A model generated the notes under the pieces. It did no database searches. It saw nothing but the letters and a program-made list of their open reading frames with translations, and was not told the origin of the DNA. The translations under genes were made by a program, and so were the position numbers. Shown piece after piece: positions 10,036 through 20,145 of a stretch of DNA of 64,000 bases; the stretch's first letter is position 1; each line of letters opens with the position of its first letter. This DNA comes from Bacteroidota bacterium (GTDB lineage: Bacteria; Bacteroidota; Bacteroidia; B-17B0; Aurantibacillaceae): positions 17,191-81,190 of the forward strand of contig JAZKDO010000009.1 of the NCBI GenBank assembly GCA_040387555.1. Reading direction: 5' to 3'.

Positions 10036-12903
10036 ATGAACAAAAAAACAATCATCACAGGTGCATTAAGTTTAATAGGCTTAACATCTGTTATCGCACA
10101 ACCAACTTTAGTTGAAAAAGTTGAGCAGAAAGCAGACAAAGTGGTTATTCCTTATGAGAAGTGGAAATTACCTAATGGTTTAACTATTTTATTGAACGAA
10201 GATCATTCTGATCCTGTAGTTCATGTATTAGTTACTTACAAAGTTGGTTCAAATCGTGAAAGTTTGGGTAAATCGGGATTCGCGCATTTTTTCGAACATA
10301 TGATGTTCCAGGGATCCAAACATGTGGCTGATGAAGAGCATTTCAAAATGGTGTCTACTGCAGGTGGTAATATGAATGGTAATACTACTCAAGATAGAAC
10401 TGTTTATTTTGAAACAGTTCCATCGAACAATTTAGAAATGGCATTATGGTTAGAATCTGACCGTATGGGGTTTTTGTTGGATTCGTTAACAACAAAAAAG
10501 TTTGAAAACCAAAGAGATGCTGTTAAAAATGAAAAATCTCAAAATGTTGAAAATCAGCCTTATGCAATGGCATTTGTGGAAGAAATCAATAAAGCGCTTT
10601 ATCCTGAAGGGCATCCGTACAGCTGGCCGGTAATTGGTTATGTGGATGATTTGAACAGAGCTAATCTTGAAGATGTGAAGAATTTCTTCTTACGCTGGTA
10701 TGGCCCAAATAATGCTATCTTAACTATATCGGGTGATTTTAGTTCTCCTGAGGCTTTAGCTATGATTGATAAATATTTTGGAGGAATTAAACCTTGTCCG
10801 GAAGTTAAAAAAATGCGTGTTGCTCCTGTAACTTTAGCGACTGATAAATATACGGCTTATAAAGACCGTACATATTTTCCATTAAATTTAAGAGTTTATC
10901 CAACAGTTCCTCAGTACCACAGAGACGAGCCCGCTTTGGATATCTTAGGATTAATGATGGGTAATGGCAACAACTCCATTTTCTATAAAAATTTCGTAAA
11001 AACAAAGCCTGAAATTGCTGCCGGTGCAAATGTGAATCACCGTTCTATGGAATTGGGAGGAGAGTTTTCCGTTCAAATTTTTGCTTATCCGCCTGAGGAT
11101 TTTAATCTTGAAAAATTATTTACTGACATTGATAATAAAGTAAAATCAACCATTGAGGAGTTTGGTACTTCTGGTATTACAGATGATGCATTATTAAGAG
11201 CAAAGGCAGAAATTGAATCCAGTATGTATGGAAGTTTATCTACCGTTGGTAGTAAAGCAGGAACAATCTCAGAATGGGAGCGAGTACTTGGAAAAACATT
11301 TACGTTATCTGATGAAATTGATCGTTATAATAAAGTAACAAAAGAGGATATCATCCGTGTATTTAATAAATATATTAAAGGAGCAGGTGCAGCTGTTTTA
11401 AATACATACCCGATTATGAATCAGAAAGATTCTGTGAAAAGTATCAATCCATATGCCAATATGAAGTTTGAAACTCCGGCAGAATACAATGGTTTATCTT
11501 ATACTCCGGCTGCTGATAAATTTGACAGAGCAGCAAGACCTAAAGCAGGAGCCGCTAAACCCGTAACTATTCCAGATTATTTCACATCTAAATTATCAAA
11601 CGGAATTTCTATTATTGGAACAAAAAACACAGAAACTCCTGAAGTAACTATTGTTTTTACAATGGATGGTGGAAGTTTGGTTTTACCAGCAGATCAGCTT
11701 AAAAAGTTGGGTGTGGCAGAATTAACTGCAAATTTATTAAATGAAGGAACAAAAAATTACACTACGGAGCAGATCAGTGCAGAATTAGAAAAACTAGGAA
11801 GTTCCATTAACTTTTCTGCTAATAAATCAGCCACTACAATTCAAATCAGTTCGTTAAAAAAGAATTTAGACGCTACTTTAAAGTTATTTGAAGAAAAGTT
11901 ATTAAATCCAGGTTTTAATGCCGAAGACTTTAAATTAGCTAAAAAGCAATATAAAGAAAGCGTTAAAAACGATGAAACAAGCGCCGATGTTATGGCCGAC
12001 AGGGCTTTTAACTTTGCTCTTTATGGAAGTACAGTTATGGGCCTTGATCCATCCTTAAAAACAATTGAGAACGTTGAACTTGCAGATCTAAAAGATTATT
12101 ATAATAAATACTATTCGCCATCAGTTACAAGTGTTGTAATAGTTGGTGATGTGGAAGAAAAAGACATCATCGCAAAACTAACTTTCTTAAATAAATGGCA
12201 GGCAAAAGAAGTGAAGATGCAGCCTATAACAGAGCCTACACCTTCAACTGAACCTCAGTTCTTTATTTATAATAAATTTGGTGCGCCATCATCTGTAATT
12301 ACAATGGGTTATCCATCGCTTAAATTTGACGCAACAGGTGACTATTACAAAAACAGGATTGCTAACTATGTATTTGGTGGTGCTTTCAATAGCCGTTTAA
12401 ATTTAAATTTACGTGAGGAAAAAGGATTTACTTATGGTATCCGTTCTGGATTTTATGGCGGAAAATATGCAGGAACTTTTGAGATTTCTTCTTCTGTAAA
12501 ACGTCCTGCTACTGCTTTATCGTTAGCTGAGATCATTAAAGAATTCACTAATTATCAAACAAATGGTATTACTGATAAAGAACTTGAATTCACCAAAAAT
12601 TCTTTATTAAATGAAGAAGCATTAAAATATGAAGCGCCCTATCAAAAAGCATCTTTCTTATCAAATATTGTAAGATACAATTTAGATAAAGGATTTACTA
12701 CTGAGCAAAACAAGATCTTAAAAAACATGACAAAAGATGATGTGAATGCTCAGATAAAAAAATACTTCGATATCAATAAATTAACCACTGTAGTAGTTGG
12801 TGATAAAGCGATGATTGAAGCTCAGTTAGACAAAGCATCAAAGGATGCTAAGAATAAAGATGTATTAAATAAAGTTAAATTGAAGAAGATTTCTGTTGAT
12901 TAA
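10036..12903 (+). CDS. Secreted two-module M16 (pitrilysin/insulinase) zinc peptidase
   Basis: Signal peptide, HFFEH (HxxEH) zinc motif, 955 aa. Confidence 0.8.
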   Translation: MNKKTIITGALSLIGLTSVIAQPTLVEKVEQKADKVVIPYEKWKLPNGLTILLNEDHSDPVVHVLVTYKVGSNRESLGKSGFAHFFEHMMFQGSKHVADEEHFKMVSTAGGNMNGNTTQDRTVYFETVPSNNLEMALWLESDRMGFLLDSLTTKKFENQRDAVKNEKSQNVENQPYAMAFVEEINKALYPEGHPYSWPVIGYVDDLNRANLEDVKNFFLRWYGPNNAILTISGDFSSPEALAMIDKYFGGIKPCPEVKKMRVAPVTLATDKYTAYKDRTYFPLNLRVYPTVPQYHRDEPALDILGLMMGNGNNSIFYKNFVKTKPEIAAGANVNHRSMELGGEFSVQIFAYPPEDFNLEKLFTDIDNKVKSTIEEFGTSGITDDALLRAKAEIESSMYGSLSTVGSKAGTISEWERVLGKTFTLSDEIDRYNKVTKEDIIRVFNKYIKGAGAAVLNTYPIMNQKDSVKSINPYANMKFETPAEYNGLSYTPAADKFDRAARPKAGAAKPVTIPDYFTSKLSNGISIIGTKNTETPEVTIVFTMDGGSLVLPADQLKKLGVAELTANLLNEGTKNYTTEQISAELEKLGSSINFSANKSATTIQISSLKKNLDATLKLFEEKLLNPGFNAEDFKLAKKQYKESVKNDETSADVMADRAFNFALYGSTVMGLDPSLKTIENVELADLKDYYNKYYSPSVTSVVIVGDVEEKDIIAKLTFLNKWQAKEVKMQPITEPTPSTEPQFFIYNKFGAPSSVITMGYPSLKFDATGDYYKNRIANYVFGGAFNSRLNLNLREEKGFTYGIRSGFYGGKYAGTFEISSSVKRPATALSLAEIIKEFTNYQTNGITDKELEFTKNSLLNEEALKYEAPYQKASFLSNIVRYNLDKGFTTEQNKILKNMTKDDVNAQIKKYFDINKLTTVVVGDKAMIEAQLDKASKDAKNKDVLNKVKLKKISVD

Positions 12904-12960
12904 CTATGTAAATGCACAATATTTGCGTCTGTATAATATCATGCATAAATAATTCACATA

Positions 12961-12997
12961 AAAAACACCAGGTAACAAATTTATCTGGTGTTTTTTT
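12961..12997 (+). terminator. Intrinsic terminator after the M16 peptidase gene
   Basis: acaccag-N13-ctggtgt followed by T7. This places the next gene's start at 13023 rather than 12912. Confidence 0.65.
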
Positions 12998-13022
12998 ATA
13001 CCTTAATCCAAAATTTACTCAT

Positions 13023-14165
13023 ATGAAAAAAATTATTACTGTTGCGTTTTTGTCAATGACAGCAATAGCATTTAGTCAAAGCAACCAAATTCAAAATGCA
13101 ATTAATTACTTGCGTAATAAAGAACTTGATAAAGCCAAAGCATCTGCTGATGCTTCGACTGTTCATGAAAGTACAATGAACAATCCGAAAGCATGGATGT
13201 ATAGAGGAAAAGTTTACCAGGCTATTTATTTTGATACATCAAAAGTTGTTAAGGCTTATGACTTGGAATCCGCTGAAAAATCTTTAGAGAGCTACGTTAA
13301 GTGTTTAAAATTGGATAAAGAATCAGTTTATAAAGATGAAGTAAAAGGGCCATTGGTGCAGGCTACGGCGGCTGTAAGTAACAAGGCCAATTATTATAAA
13401 ATGAATAAAGAATTTGATAAAGCTTTATATTGTTATGAGTTATTGGAGCAGGCATTGCCTTATGATTTTGATCAGGGAATGAAACGGGCTAACATCACCA
13501 AAGAAAAATTGATGTATAACAAGTTTGACATGTACAAATACGCGGCAAATAAAGAAAAAACAAAAGAGTATGCGGATAAGCTGATTGATATTAAATACAA
13601 GGAACCAAAAATATATACTGATATGGTAAAACTATCCTTAATCGATAGAGATACAACGAAAGCCCTGGATTATATCGGTAAAGGAAAAATTATGTTTGAA
13701 GACAATATGGAATTAGTAAACCAGGAAATTAATATTTACCTGGCCCGTAATAAAACCAATGAGTTAAAAACCAAACTAACCGATGCAATAAATCTTTCGC
13801 CTGATAATGAAGTGTTGCATGCGATTTTGGCAAATTTATACCAAAAGACTAATGAAAATGATAAAGCCGAAGCGGAGTACTTAAAAGCATTGGAAATAAA
13901 ATCAGATTATGAAATTGCAAATTATAATCTTGGCGTTATGTATTTTAATATGGGTAACGATTGGAATGATAAATTAGGTGCTCTTCCTCCAAAAGAAACT
14001 ACTAAAGCCAAAGAATATGAAACTAAGGCTAATGAATATTTCAGAAAGGCCGTTGCAAACTTTGAAAAATCCTATGAAGTTTCCCCTGATAAAGCAACGA
14101 AACAACAATTGCGTAAATTGTTTTTGCGATTAGGCGAAACAGAAAAAGCAGACAAATATAAATAA
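13023..14165 (+). CDS. Secreted TPR-repeat protein
   Basis: ATG at 13023 gives MKKIITVAFLSMTAIAFSQ. TPR-like helical repeats follow. The track start at 12912 lies upstream of a terminator. Confidence 0.6.
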   Translation: MKKIITVAFLSMTAIAFSQSNQIQNAINYLRNKELDKAKASADASTVHESTMNNPKAWMYRGKVYQAIYFDTSKVVKAYDLESAEKSLESYVKCLKLDKESVYKDEVKGPLVQATAAVSNKANYYKMNKEFDKALYCYELLEQALPYDFDQGMKRANITKEKLMYNKFDMYKYAANKEKTKEYADKLIDIKYKEPKIYTDMVKLSLIDRDTTKALDYIGKGKIMFEDNMELVNQEINIYLARNKTNELKTKLTDAINLSPDNEVLHAILANLYQKTNENDKAEAEYLKALEIKSDYEIANYNLGVMYFNMGNDWNDKLGALPPKETTKAKEYETKANEYFRKAVANFEKSYEVSPDKATKQQLRKLFLRLGETEKADKYK

Positions 14166-14193
14166 GCGTATTTTTAGTTCTTAATAACATATC

Positions 14194-15534
14194 ATGAAAC
14201 TTTTACAAATTTTAATTTTAGCCACCATTTCCTTCACCGCATTTTCACAAAAAAATAAGGTGCAAGGAGCCTGGCGTGCTTTGAGTGACTACGAATCAAC
14301 ATTAGCGGATAATCCAGATGTATCTTATTTGTTGAAGGCAAAGGAAAATATTGACTTGGCTGCAAGCAATGAAGAAACTAAGAATCAGGTTAAAACTCAT
14401 GCTTACAGATGTAGAATTTATGTGAGTTTATTTTCAGAAAGTTTAAAAGCAGAAGAAAAAAAGCTTGCTGCAACCATTGCAGATAAAAACGAACGTATGC
14501 AAACAGCCTATGGTAATATTGCTACATCCGAACTTGAGGTGGCTAATAAAAGCGTTTCAAAAATTCAGGAAATAGACCCTAAAAAATTTGAAAAAATTTC
14601 AAAAGGGGAAACTGATTCTGAGGAAGATGGGAAATTATTTACCTCGATTTCTCAAATCCAGGTATATCAGGCAAATTTAGCAACAGGAAAATACAAAGTC
14701 AAAAAGTTTGATGAAGCAGCCGATTATTTTGAAGCTTTAGCATTGTCGAATACAATGATGACAGGTAAAAAGGATACCGCTAATTTTTATAATGCTAGTG
14801 TTTGTGCTCAAAAAGCAAAAAATCCTGCTAAAATGTTTGAATACAATAAAAAGATGATAGATCTGAATATCGCATCGCCTTATAATTATCAAACCATCTA
14901 TGAGTTGAAAACATCACAAAATGATACAGTTGCAGCTATGGAATATTTGAAAATGGGACGTGCTCAATTTCCAAGTGACATATTCTTAATGAATAAGGAA
15001 ACAGAAATGTTTTTGCAAAAAGGACAACAGGAAAAAGCATTGGAAAATTTGAAAACAGCCATCTCAAAAGAACCAAACAATGCAGTTTTACAATATGTGA
15101 TTGGGAATGTATACGATAATTTAGCAAATCCAAAAGGCAGATCAGGTAAGGACACCGTAAAACCAGTAAACTATGAAGAACTTGTTTTTAAAGCGGCTGA
15201 ACATTATCAAAAAGCGGTAGATCTAAAACCAACGAACCAGGAAAGCTATTTTAACACTTTATATAATCTGGGGGCTTTGTATAATAATTACGGAAATACT
15301 CTTTATAACAGAGCAATGGAAAAAGCAACCATTGTAGAACTGGCAAAAAAGCAAAAAGAAATGGAAGCTAAGAGTATGGAATACTATAAGAAGGCAATTC
15401 CCTATTTGGAACAAGCTCTTGCTGTAAAAGGAAATGACCAAACAACTATGTCCGCTTTACGCACATTATATTATAAAACTGGAAATGAAGCTAAAGGAAA
15501 AGAAATGAATGATAAAATCAAATCATTGAAATAA
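14194..15534 (+). CDS. Secreted TPR-repeat protein (paralogous in style to the preceding gene)
   Basis: Signal peptide MKLLQILILATISFTAFSQ and TPR-like repeats. Confidence 0.6.
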   Translation: MKLLQILILATISFTAFSQKNKVQGAWRALSDYESTLADNPDVSYLLKAKENIDLAASNEETKNQVKTHAYRCRIYVSLFSESLKAEEKKLAATIADKNERMQTAYGNIATSELEVANKSVSKIQEIDPKKFEKISKGETDSEEDGKLFTSISQIQVYQANLATGKYKVKKFDEAADYFEALALSNTMMTGKKDTANFYNASVCAQKAKNPAKMFEYNKKMIDLNIASPYNYQTIYELKTSQNDTVAAMEYLKMGRAQFPSDIFLMNKETEMFLQKGQQEKALENLKTAISKEPNNAVLQYVIGNVYDNLANPKGRSGKDTVKPVNYEELVFKAAEHYQKAVDLKPTNQESYFNTLYNLGALYNNYGNTLYNRAMEKATIVELAKKQKEMEAKSMEYYKKAIPYLEQALAVKGNDQTTMSALRTLYYKTGNEAKGKEMNDKIKSLK

Positions 15535-15556
15535 TAATAAGTGATTTTTTCTAAAA

Positions 15557-15588
15557 ATGGGCTGGTTTTTTAACCGGCCCATTTTTAT
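15557..15588 (+). terminator. Intrinsic terminator
   Basis: atgggctgg-N8-ccggcccat stem followed by a T-run. Confidence 0.7.
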
Positions 15589-15706
15589 TTTACCGCTCAT
15601 AATAATCTGGTATTTAATCAAAAAAAATACCTTTTTTAAACCACTTAAATAGTTAAATTTGCTATCCATTTTAATAATTACAGGGAACACAAATACACTT
15701 TTTTAT

Positions 15707-18052
15707 ATGATTCGTACATTTTACACATTTTGTTTATTATTTATCACACTTATTGGTTTTTCACAATTTGCTACAATTCGAGGTTTTGTTTATGATAAAT
15801 CTAATGGTGAACCAGTTGCTTTCTCTAATGTTTTTTTGAAAGGAACAACAACAGGTGCCTCTACAGATATGAATGGATACTTTTCCATTAATAAAGTGAA
15901 TGCCGGAGCGTATAGCTTAATGGTTACTAATTTAGAATTTGACACGATCTCTGAAAACATTACGGTTAAGGCCGGAGAAATTTTAAATAAAAAGTTCTTT
16001 GCTGTAAAAGGTGGTATTGTGTTAACTTCAGTTGATGTTACAGCTGATCAATTAGATAAGATTGAAACGCCCAATGTGGCAGTTCAAAAAATTGACCCCG
16101 TTGCCATTAATAAATTACCCAGTGTGGGTGAACCTGATTTAGCACAGTATTTACAGGTATTGCCAGGCGTTGTATTTACGGGCGATCAGGGTGGCCAGTT
16201 ATATATTAGAGGAGGTTTACCAATTCAGAATAAAGTATTATTGGATGGTATGGTAATTTATAACCCTTTTCACTCCATTGGATTATTTTCTGTGTTTGAT
16301 AATGATATCATGAGAAATGCTGATGTTTATAGCGCTGGTTTTGGTGCTGAATATGGAGGAAGAACCTCAGCCATTATGGATATTACAACTCGTGACGGTA
16401 ATAAGAAACATTTAGCAGGAAAAGTTTCTGCATCTACCTTTGGTGCTAAATTAACCCTGGAAGGTCCTTTAAAGAAATTGAAAGAAGATGGTAAAGGTAG
16501 TTCTTCATTCCTATTATCCGGAAAAACTTCCTATTTACCTCAAACGTCAAAAACTTTATATCCATACGCCAATAAAAACAACGATGATGGTTTGCCTTTT
16601 TATTATACCGATTTGTATGGAAAAGTTTCCTTTAACGGTAATAATGGAAGTAAGGTGAATTTATTTGGGTATAATTTTAACGATAAAGTTATTTATAAAG
16701 ATCTTGCAAAATTTAGTTGGACATCGTTTGGTGGTGGAAGTAATTTTATTTTGATTCCTCAAAACTCTACTTTGTTAATTGAAGGAAATTTCGCCTACTC
16801 GCAATACAAGATTAATTATGAAGGTTCCGTGCCAGAAGATAAAAAGTCAAGCTCTGTTGGCGGCTTTAATGGTGGATTTAATTTTTTAAAATATTTTGGC
16901 CGTAACGAATTAAAATATGGTTTTGAATTGGTAGGAACCAATACAAATTATGAATTGCAAAATCCAAATCTTTCCACTATAACTTACGCTAAAAACTCTT
17001 TGGAATTAGGAGCTCATATTAAATATCGTTGGTTAGATAAAAAGAAATGGATTGTTTTAGAGCCAAGCTTCAGATTACAGTACTATGCTAAATTTGGCCA
17101 GCTTTCGCCAGAGCCTAGATTACAAGGTAAAGTTAATTTCACTAAGAAAATCCGCTTTAAATTTGCCGGTGGCTTGTACAGTCAAAGTATTATGAGTGCT
17201 AGCTCTGACCGTGATGTAGTGAATTTATTTTATGGTTTTATTAACGGACCTGAAAATTTACCTACAGAATACAAAGATAAAAATAACAAAACAGTGGCTA
17301 CTAAAGGTGTGATTCAAAAATCTCGCCATATAGTTGCCGGTTTTGAAATTGATATTTTAAAAAATATTGAAATACAAATTGAAGGCTACCAAAAATATTT
17401 CACGCAAATGGCAAGTGTTAATAGAGAAAAATTATTTGACGACACTCCTGAAAATGCTGACAAATTAGATGCTCAGAAAAAAGATTTCATCATGGAGCAA
17501 GGAGATGTTAAAGGACTTGACTTTACTTTAAAATATGAGAAAAAGCGTTTTTACTTTTGGGCTGTATATTCTTTAACGTTTAATAAGCGTTACACCGGTA
17601 ACACAGCTAGTGGCGATGTTTATGAATATGCACCAGTTTACGACAGAAGACATAATGTGAATTTAGTTGGAACTTATACTTTTGGTAAAAAACGTAATCT
17701 TGATCTGAGTGTTCGTTGGAATTATGGTTCAGGTTTTCCTTTCACTCCAACTCAAGGTTATTACCCACAAGTTGATTTTAATAATAATTTTAATTATGAT
17801 TATACGACTTCTAATGCAAATCTTGGTTATGTGCCGGGAGATTATAATTCCCGACGTTTACCTGATTATCATCGTATGGATGTTAGTTTAAAGTGGACTT
17901 ATAACATCAGTGAAAAAACAAAACTCGAAATTAATATTGGCGCAACCAATGTATATAACCGCGAGAATATTTTTTATTACGATCGTGTAAAAAACAAACG
18001 TGTTAATCAATTGCCGATTTTGCCTAATGTTAACATCAGCTTTAAATTTTAA
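15707..18052 (+). CDS. TonB-dependent-receptor-like outer-membrane barrel with CarboxypepD_reg N-domain
   Basis: ATG at 15707 gives MIRTFYTFCLLFITLIGFSQ. This is followed by a GFVYD...FSN carboxypeptidase-regulatory-like domain and a plug-like segment. The C-terminus ends in ...NISFKF. Confidence 0.7.
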   Translation: MIRTFYTFCLLFITLIGFSQFATIRGFVYDKSNGEPVAFSNVFLKGTTTGASTDMNGYFSINKVNAGAYSLMVTNLEFDTISENITVKAGEILNKKFFAVKGGIVLTSVDVTADQLDKIETPNVAVQKIDPVAINKLPSVGEPDLAQYLQVLPGVVFTGDQGGQLYIRGGLPIQNKVLLDGMVIYNPFHSIGLFSVFDNDIMRNADVYSAGFGAEYGGRTSAIMDITTRDGNKKHLAGKVSASTFGAKLTLEGPLKKLKEDGKGSSSFLLSGKTSYLPQTSKTLYPYANKNNDDGLPFYYTDLYGKVSFNGNNGSKVNLFGYNFNDKVIYKDLAKFSWTSFGGGSNFILIPQNSTLLIEGNFAYSQYKINYEGSVPEDKKSSSVGGFNGGFNFLKYFGRNELKYGFELVGTNTNYELQNPNLSTITYAKNSLELGAHIKYRWLDKKKWIVLEPSFRLQYYAKFGQLSPEPRLQGKVNFTKKIRFKFAGGLYSQSIMSASSDRDVVNLFYGFINGPENLPTEYKDKNNKTVATKGVIQKSRHIVAGFEIDILKNIEIQIEGYQKYFTQMASVNREKLFDDTPENADKLDAQKKDFIMEQGDVKGLDFTLKYEKKRFYFWAVYSLTFNKRYTGNTASGDVYEYAPVYDRRHNVNLVGTYTFGKKRNLDLSVRWNYGSGFPFTPTQGYYPQVDFNNNFNYDYTTSNANLGYVPGDYNSRRLPDYHRMDVSLKWTYNISEKTKLEINIGATNVYNRENIFYYDRVKNKRVNQLPILPNVNISFKF

Positions 18053-18067
18053 AAAACATTTCTGAAA

Positions 18068-18622
18068 ATGGCTTTTAAAATTTATACAAAAACAGGTGAT
18101 AAAGGTCAAACTTCTTTAATAGGAGGAACAAGGATCCCTAAATTTGATATTCGTATCGAAGCTTATGGAACGGTGGATGAATTGAATTCAAATATCGGTT
18201 TAATAAGAGATCAGCCAATTGATGAACATTCAAAAACTATTTTAATTGAGATTCAGGACAGATTATTTACCATTGGTTCATTATTAGCCGCAGATCCTGA
18301 AAAAAATAAAATGGTATTGCCTCAAATCTCGGAAAAAGATATTGAATTATTGGAAAAAGAGATAGATGCTATGAATGAACATCTTCCGGAAATGAAACAT
18401 TTTGTTCTTCCTGGCGGACATTCTACCATTTCATTTTGTCATTTGGCAAGATGTGTATGTCGCCGTGCTGAACGTTGCGTGTTAAGGTTAAATGAAGAGC
18501 AGCCGGTTAACGAACTAATTTATAAATACCTCAATCGTTTATCGGATTATTTATTTGTTCTTTCCCGAAAATTTACCCAGGATTTAAAAGCTGTGGAAAC
18601 GCCCTGGATGCCACGCCTTTAA
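18068..18622 (+). CDS. ATP:cob(I)alamin adenosyltransferase, PduO type
   Basis: IYTKTGDKGQTSL N-terminal signature, 184 aa. Confidence 0.8.
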   Translation: MAFKIYTKTGDKGQTSLIGGTRIPKFDIRIEAYGTVDELNSNIGLIRDQPIDEHSKTILIEIQDRLFTIGSLLAADPEKNKMVLPQISEKDIELLEKEIDAMNEHLPEMKHFVLPGGHSTISFCHLARCVCRRAERCVLRLNEEQPVNELIYKYLNRLSDYLFVLSRKFTQDLKAVETPWMPRL

Positions 18623-19050
18623 TGTTACCGGCTATTGAAATAACAAAAGCCATGATGGCTAAAGATTATTTTAGCCAGTGGTTGGGAATTGAAGTCCTCG
18701 AAATTACACAAGGGGTCTGCAAATTAAAAATGACTGTTAGGAAAGATATGCTTAATGGTTTCGGAATTGCACACGGTGGAATTACTTATTCATTTGCCGA
18801 TAGTGCTTTAGCGTTTGCATCTAATTCGCATGGGCGAAAGGCAGTTTCTATAGAAACATCTATTTCACATATGGAATCTTTGCATGAAAATGATGTCATT
18901 TTAGCCGAAGCTATTGAAGAAAAATGCTCCAATAAAATTGGAATCTACACAATTAAGATTACAAGGTCTGCCGATAATTCCGTTGTTGCTTTATTTAAAG
19001 GAACTGTTTACCGAACTTCCCAAAATTGGTTAAATTCTGAAGCTGATTAA
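18622..19050 (+). CDS. PaaI-family hotdog-fold thioesterase
   Basis: GIAHGGITYSFADSA motif. Its start overlaps the upstream stop (TAATG). Confidence 0.7.
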   Translation: MLPAIEITKAMMAKDYFSQWLGIEVLEITQGVCKLKMTVRKDMLNGFGIAHGGITYSFADSALAFASNSHGRKAVSIETSISHMESLHENDVILAEAIEEKCSNKIGIYTIKITRSADNSVVALFKGTVYRTSQNWLNSEAD

Positions 19051-19101
19051 ACTTTAGTATATTTTTTGAGTCTTACTATCAATAACTCTAAAAAACTAGT
19101 C

Positions 19102-19578
19102 ATGTACACAATTAAAAAAATCCTTTTAATAACTATCATTTTATTTGGAACAACAGTTAATGCTTTAGCCCAAAAGGGCAGGGGACACGGGAATGGGAAT
19201 CACAACGGCAATCACCGTGGTACAAAAGTAGTTGTTAAACAACGAAACCCTCATCATAACCATGTAAGGGTTAGAAGTCCTTACCGGCCGGCAAAAGTTA
19301 TTGTTTACCACCCACATTGGAGACCAAATTACGGATATAACCGTCGGTGGGTATATTTTCCGCGTTATAATTTTTATTGGGATAATTGGAGACAAGGTTA
19401 TTATTTTATGAGTGGACCGACCTGGGTTTTTAATGCAACACCACCGCCAGTGGTTGTTAATGTTAATCTTGATAAGGAAACTAATTATGAGTTGAAAGAA
19501 ACTGAAGACGATATGGATGATGTTTACAGAACCAATAGCGAACATCAGAAGGAATTTAAGGCAGACAATGATAAATAG
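19102..19578 (+). CDS. Secreted His/Asn/Arg/Trp-rich protein, unknown function
   Basis: ATG at 19102 gives the signal peptide MYTIKKILLITIILFGTTVNALAQ. This is followed by GRGHGNGNHNGNHRG...HHNH...HPHW and an acidic tail. Confidence 0.5.
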   Translation: MYTIKKILLITIILFGTTVNALAQKGRGHGNGNHNGNHRGTKVVVKQRNPHHNHVRVRSPYRPAKVIVYHPHWRPNYGYNRRWVYFPRYNFYWDNWRQGYYFMSGPTWVFNATPPPVVVNVNLDKETNYELKETEDDMDDVYRTNSEHQKEFKADNDK

Positions 19579-19622
19579 TTAAATTTGAGTTGATTAGCAT
19601 TAAATATTGAGTAAAAAATAAT

Positions 19623-19653
19623 TTTGATGGTAACGGGGAATACTCTATATTTG
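19623..19653 (+). promoter_or_regulatory. Bacteroidota-type promoter for rplS (-33 TTTG, 19-nt spacer, -7 TATATTTG)
   Basis: TTTG at 19623-19626 and TATATTTG at 19646-19653. This matches the established TTTG / TAnnTTTG consensus and spacing. Confidence 0.6.
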
Positions 19654-19726
19654 CACTCCACTTTTTAGCCTCTGGTTGCACGGTGCAGCGAATGCCAAAA
19701 ATGATAAATACTTTAAATAAGAAACA

Positions 19727-20095
19727 ATGAGTTTATTATTAGATTACGTAAAAAAGCAATTAGCAACAGAAGTTGCACATCCAAAATTTAAAGCAGGTGA
19801 TACAATTACTGTACACTACAAAATTAAAGAGGGTGAAAAAGAGCGTATTCAGCAGTTTTCAGGTGTTGTTATTCAACGCAAAAACGAGCCGGCAACTTCA
19901 TCTTTTACAGTTCGTAAAATTTCCAATGGTGTAGGAGTAGAGCGTATTTTCCCGGTATCGTCTCCATTCATTGATAAAATAGAATTAAATAAAATAGGTA
20001 TTGTTCGCAGAGCGAAAATCTACTATATCCGTACTCGTACAGGTAAAGCAGCCCGTATCCGTGAGAAAATCCAAAAGAAAACAGATAAAGCTTAG
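19727..20095 (+). CDS. rplS: 50S ribosomal protein L19
   Basis: 122 aa, with typical L19 sequence ([16 protein letters not shown]...[11 protein letters not shown]). Confidence 0.9.
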   Translation: MSLLLDYVKKQLATEVAHPKFKAGDTITVHYKIKEGEKERIQQFSGVVIQRKNEPATSSFTVRKISNGVGVERIFPVSSPFIDKIELNKIGIVRRAKIYYIRTRTGKAARIREKIQKKTDKA

Positions 20096-20111
20096 TATTT
20101 ATCCAAATAAC

Positions 20112-20144
20112 AAAAAACCTCTCAGATTTCTGGGAGGTTTTTTA
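20112..20144. terminator. Bidirectional intrinsic terminator between rplS and murB
   Basis: aaaaaacctctcag-attt-ctgggaggtttttt. Confidence 0.8.
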
Positions 20145-20145
20145 T

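Noticed and set aside
12912-13022. Upstream start codons proposed by the ORF track (12912, 15659, 19066, 25555, 41725, 59088, 4331, 63739)
   Set aside because: In each case a downstream ATG gives a canonical signal peptide or conserved N-terminus. The extension is either a non-ATG start, crosses a terminator or -7 promoter box, or overlaps the neighbouring CDS.
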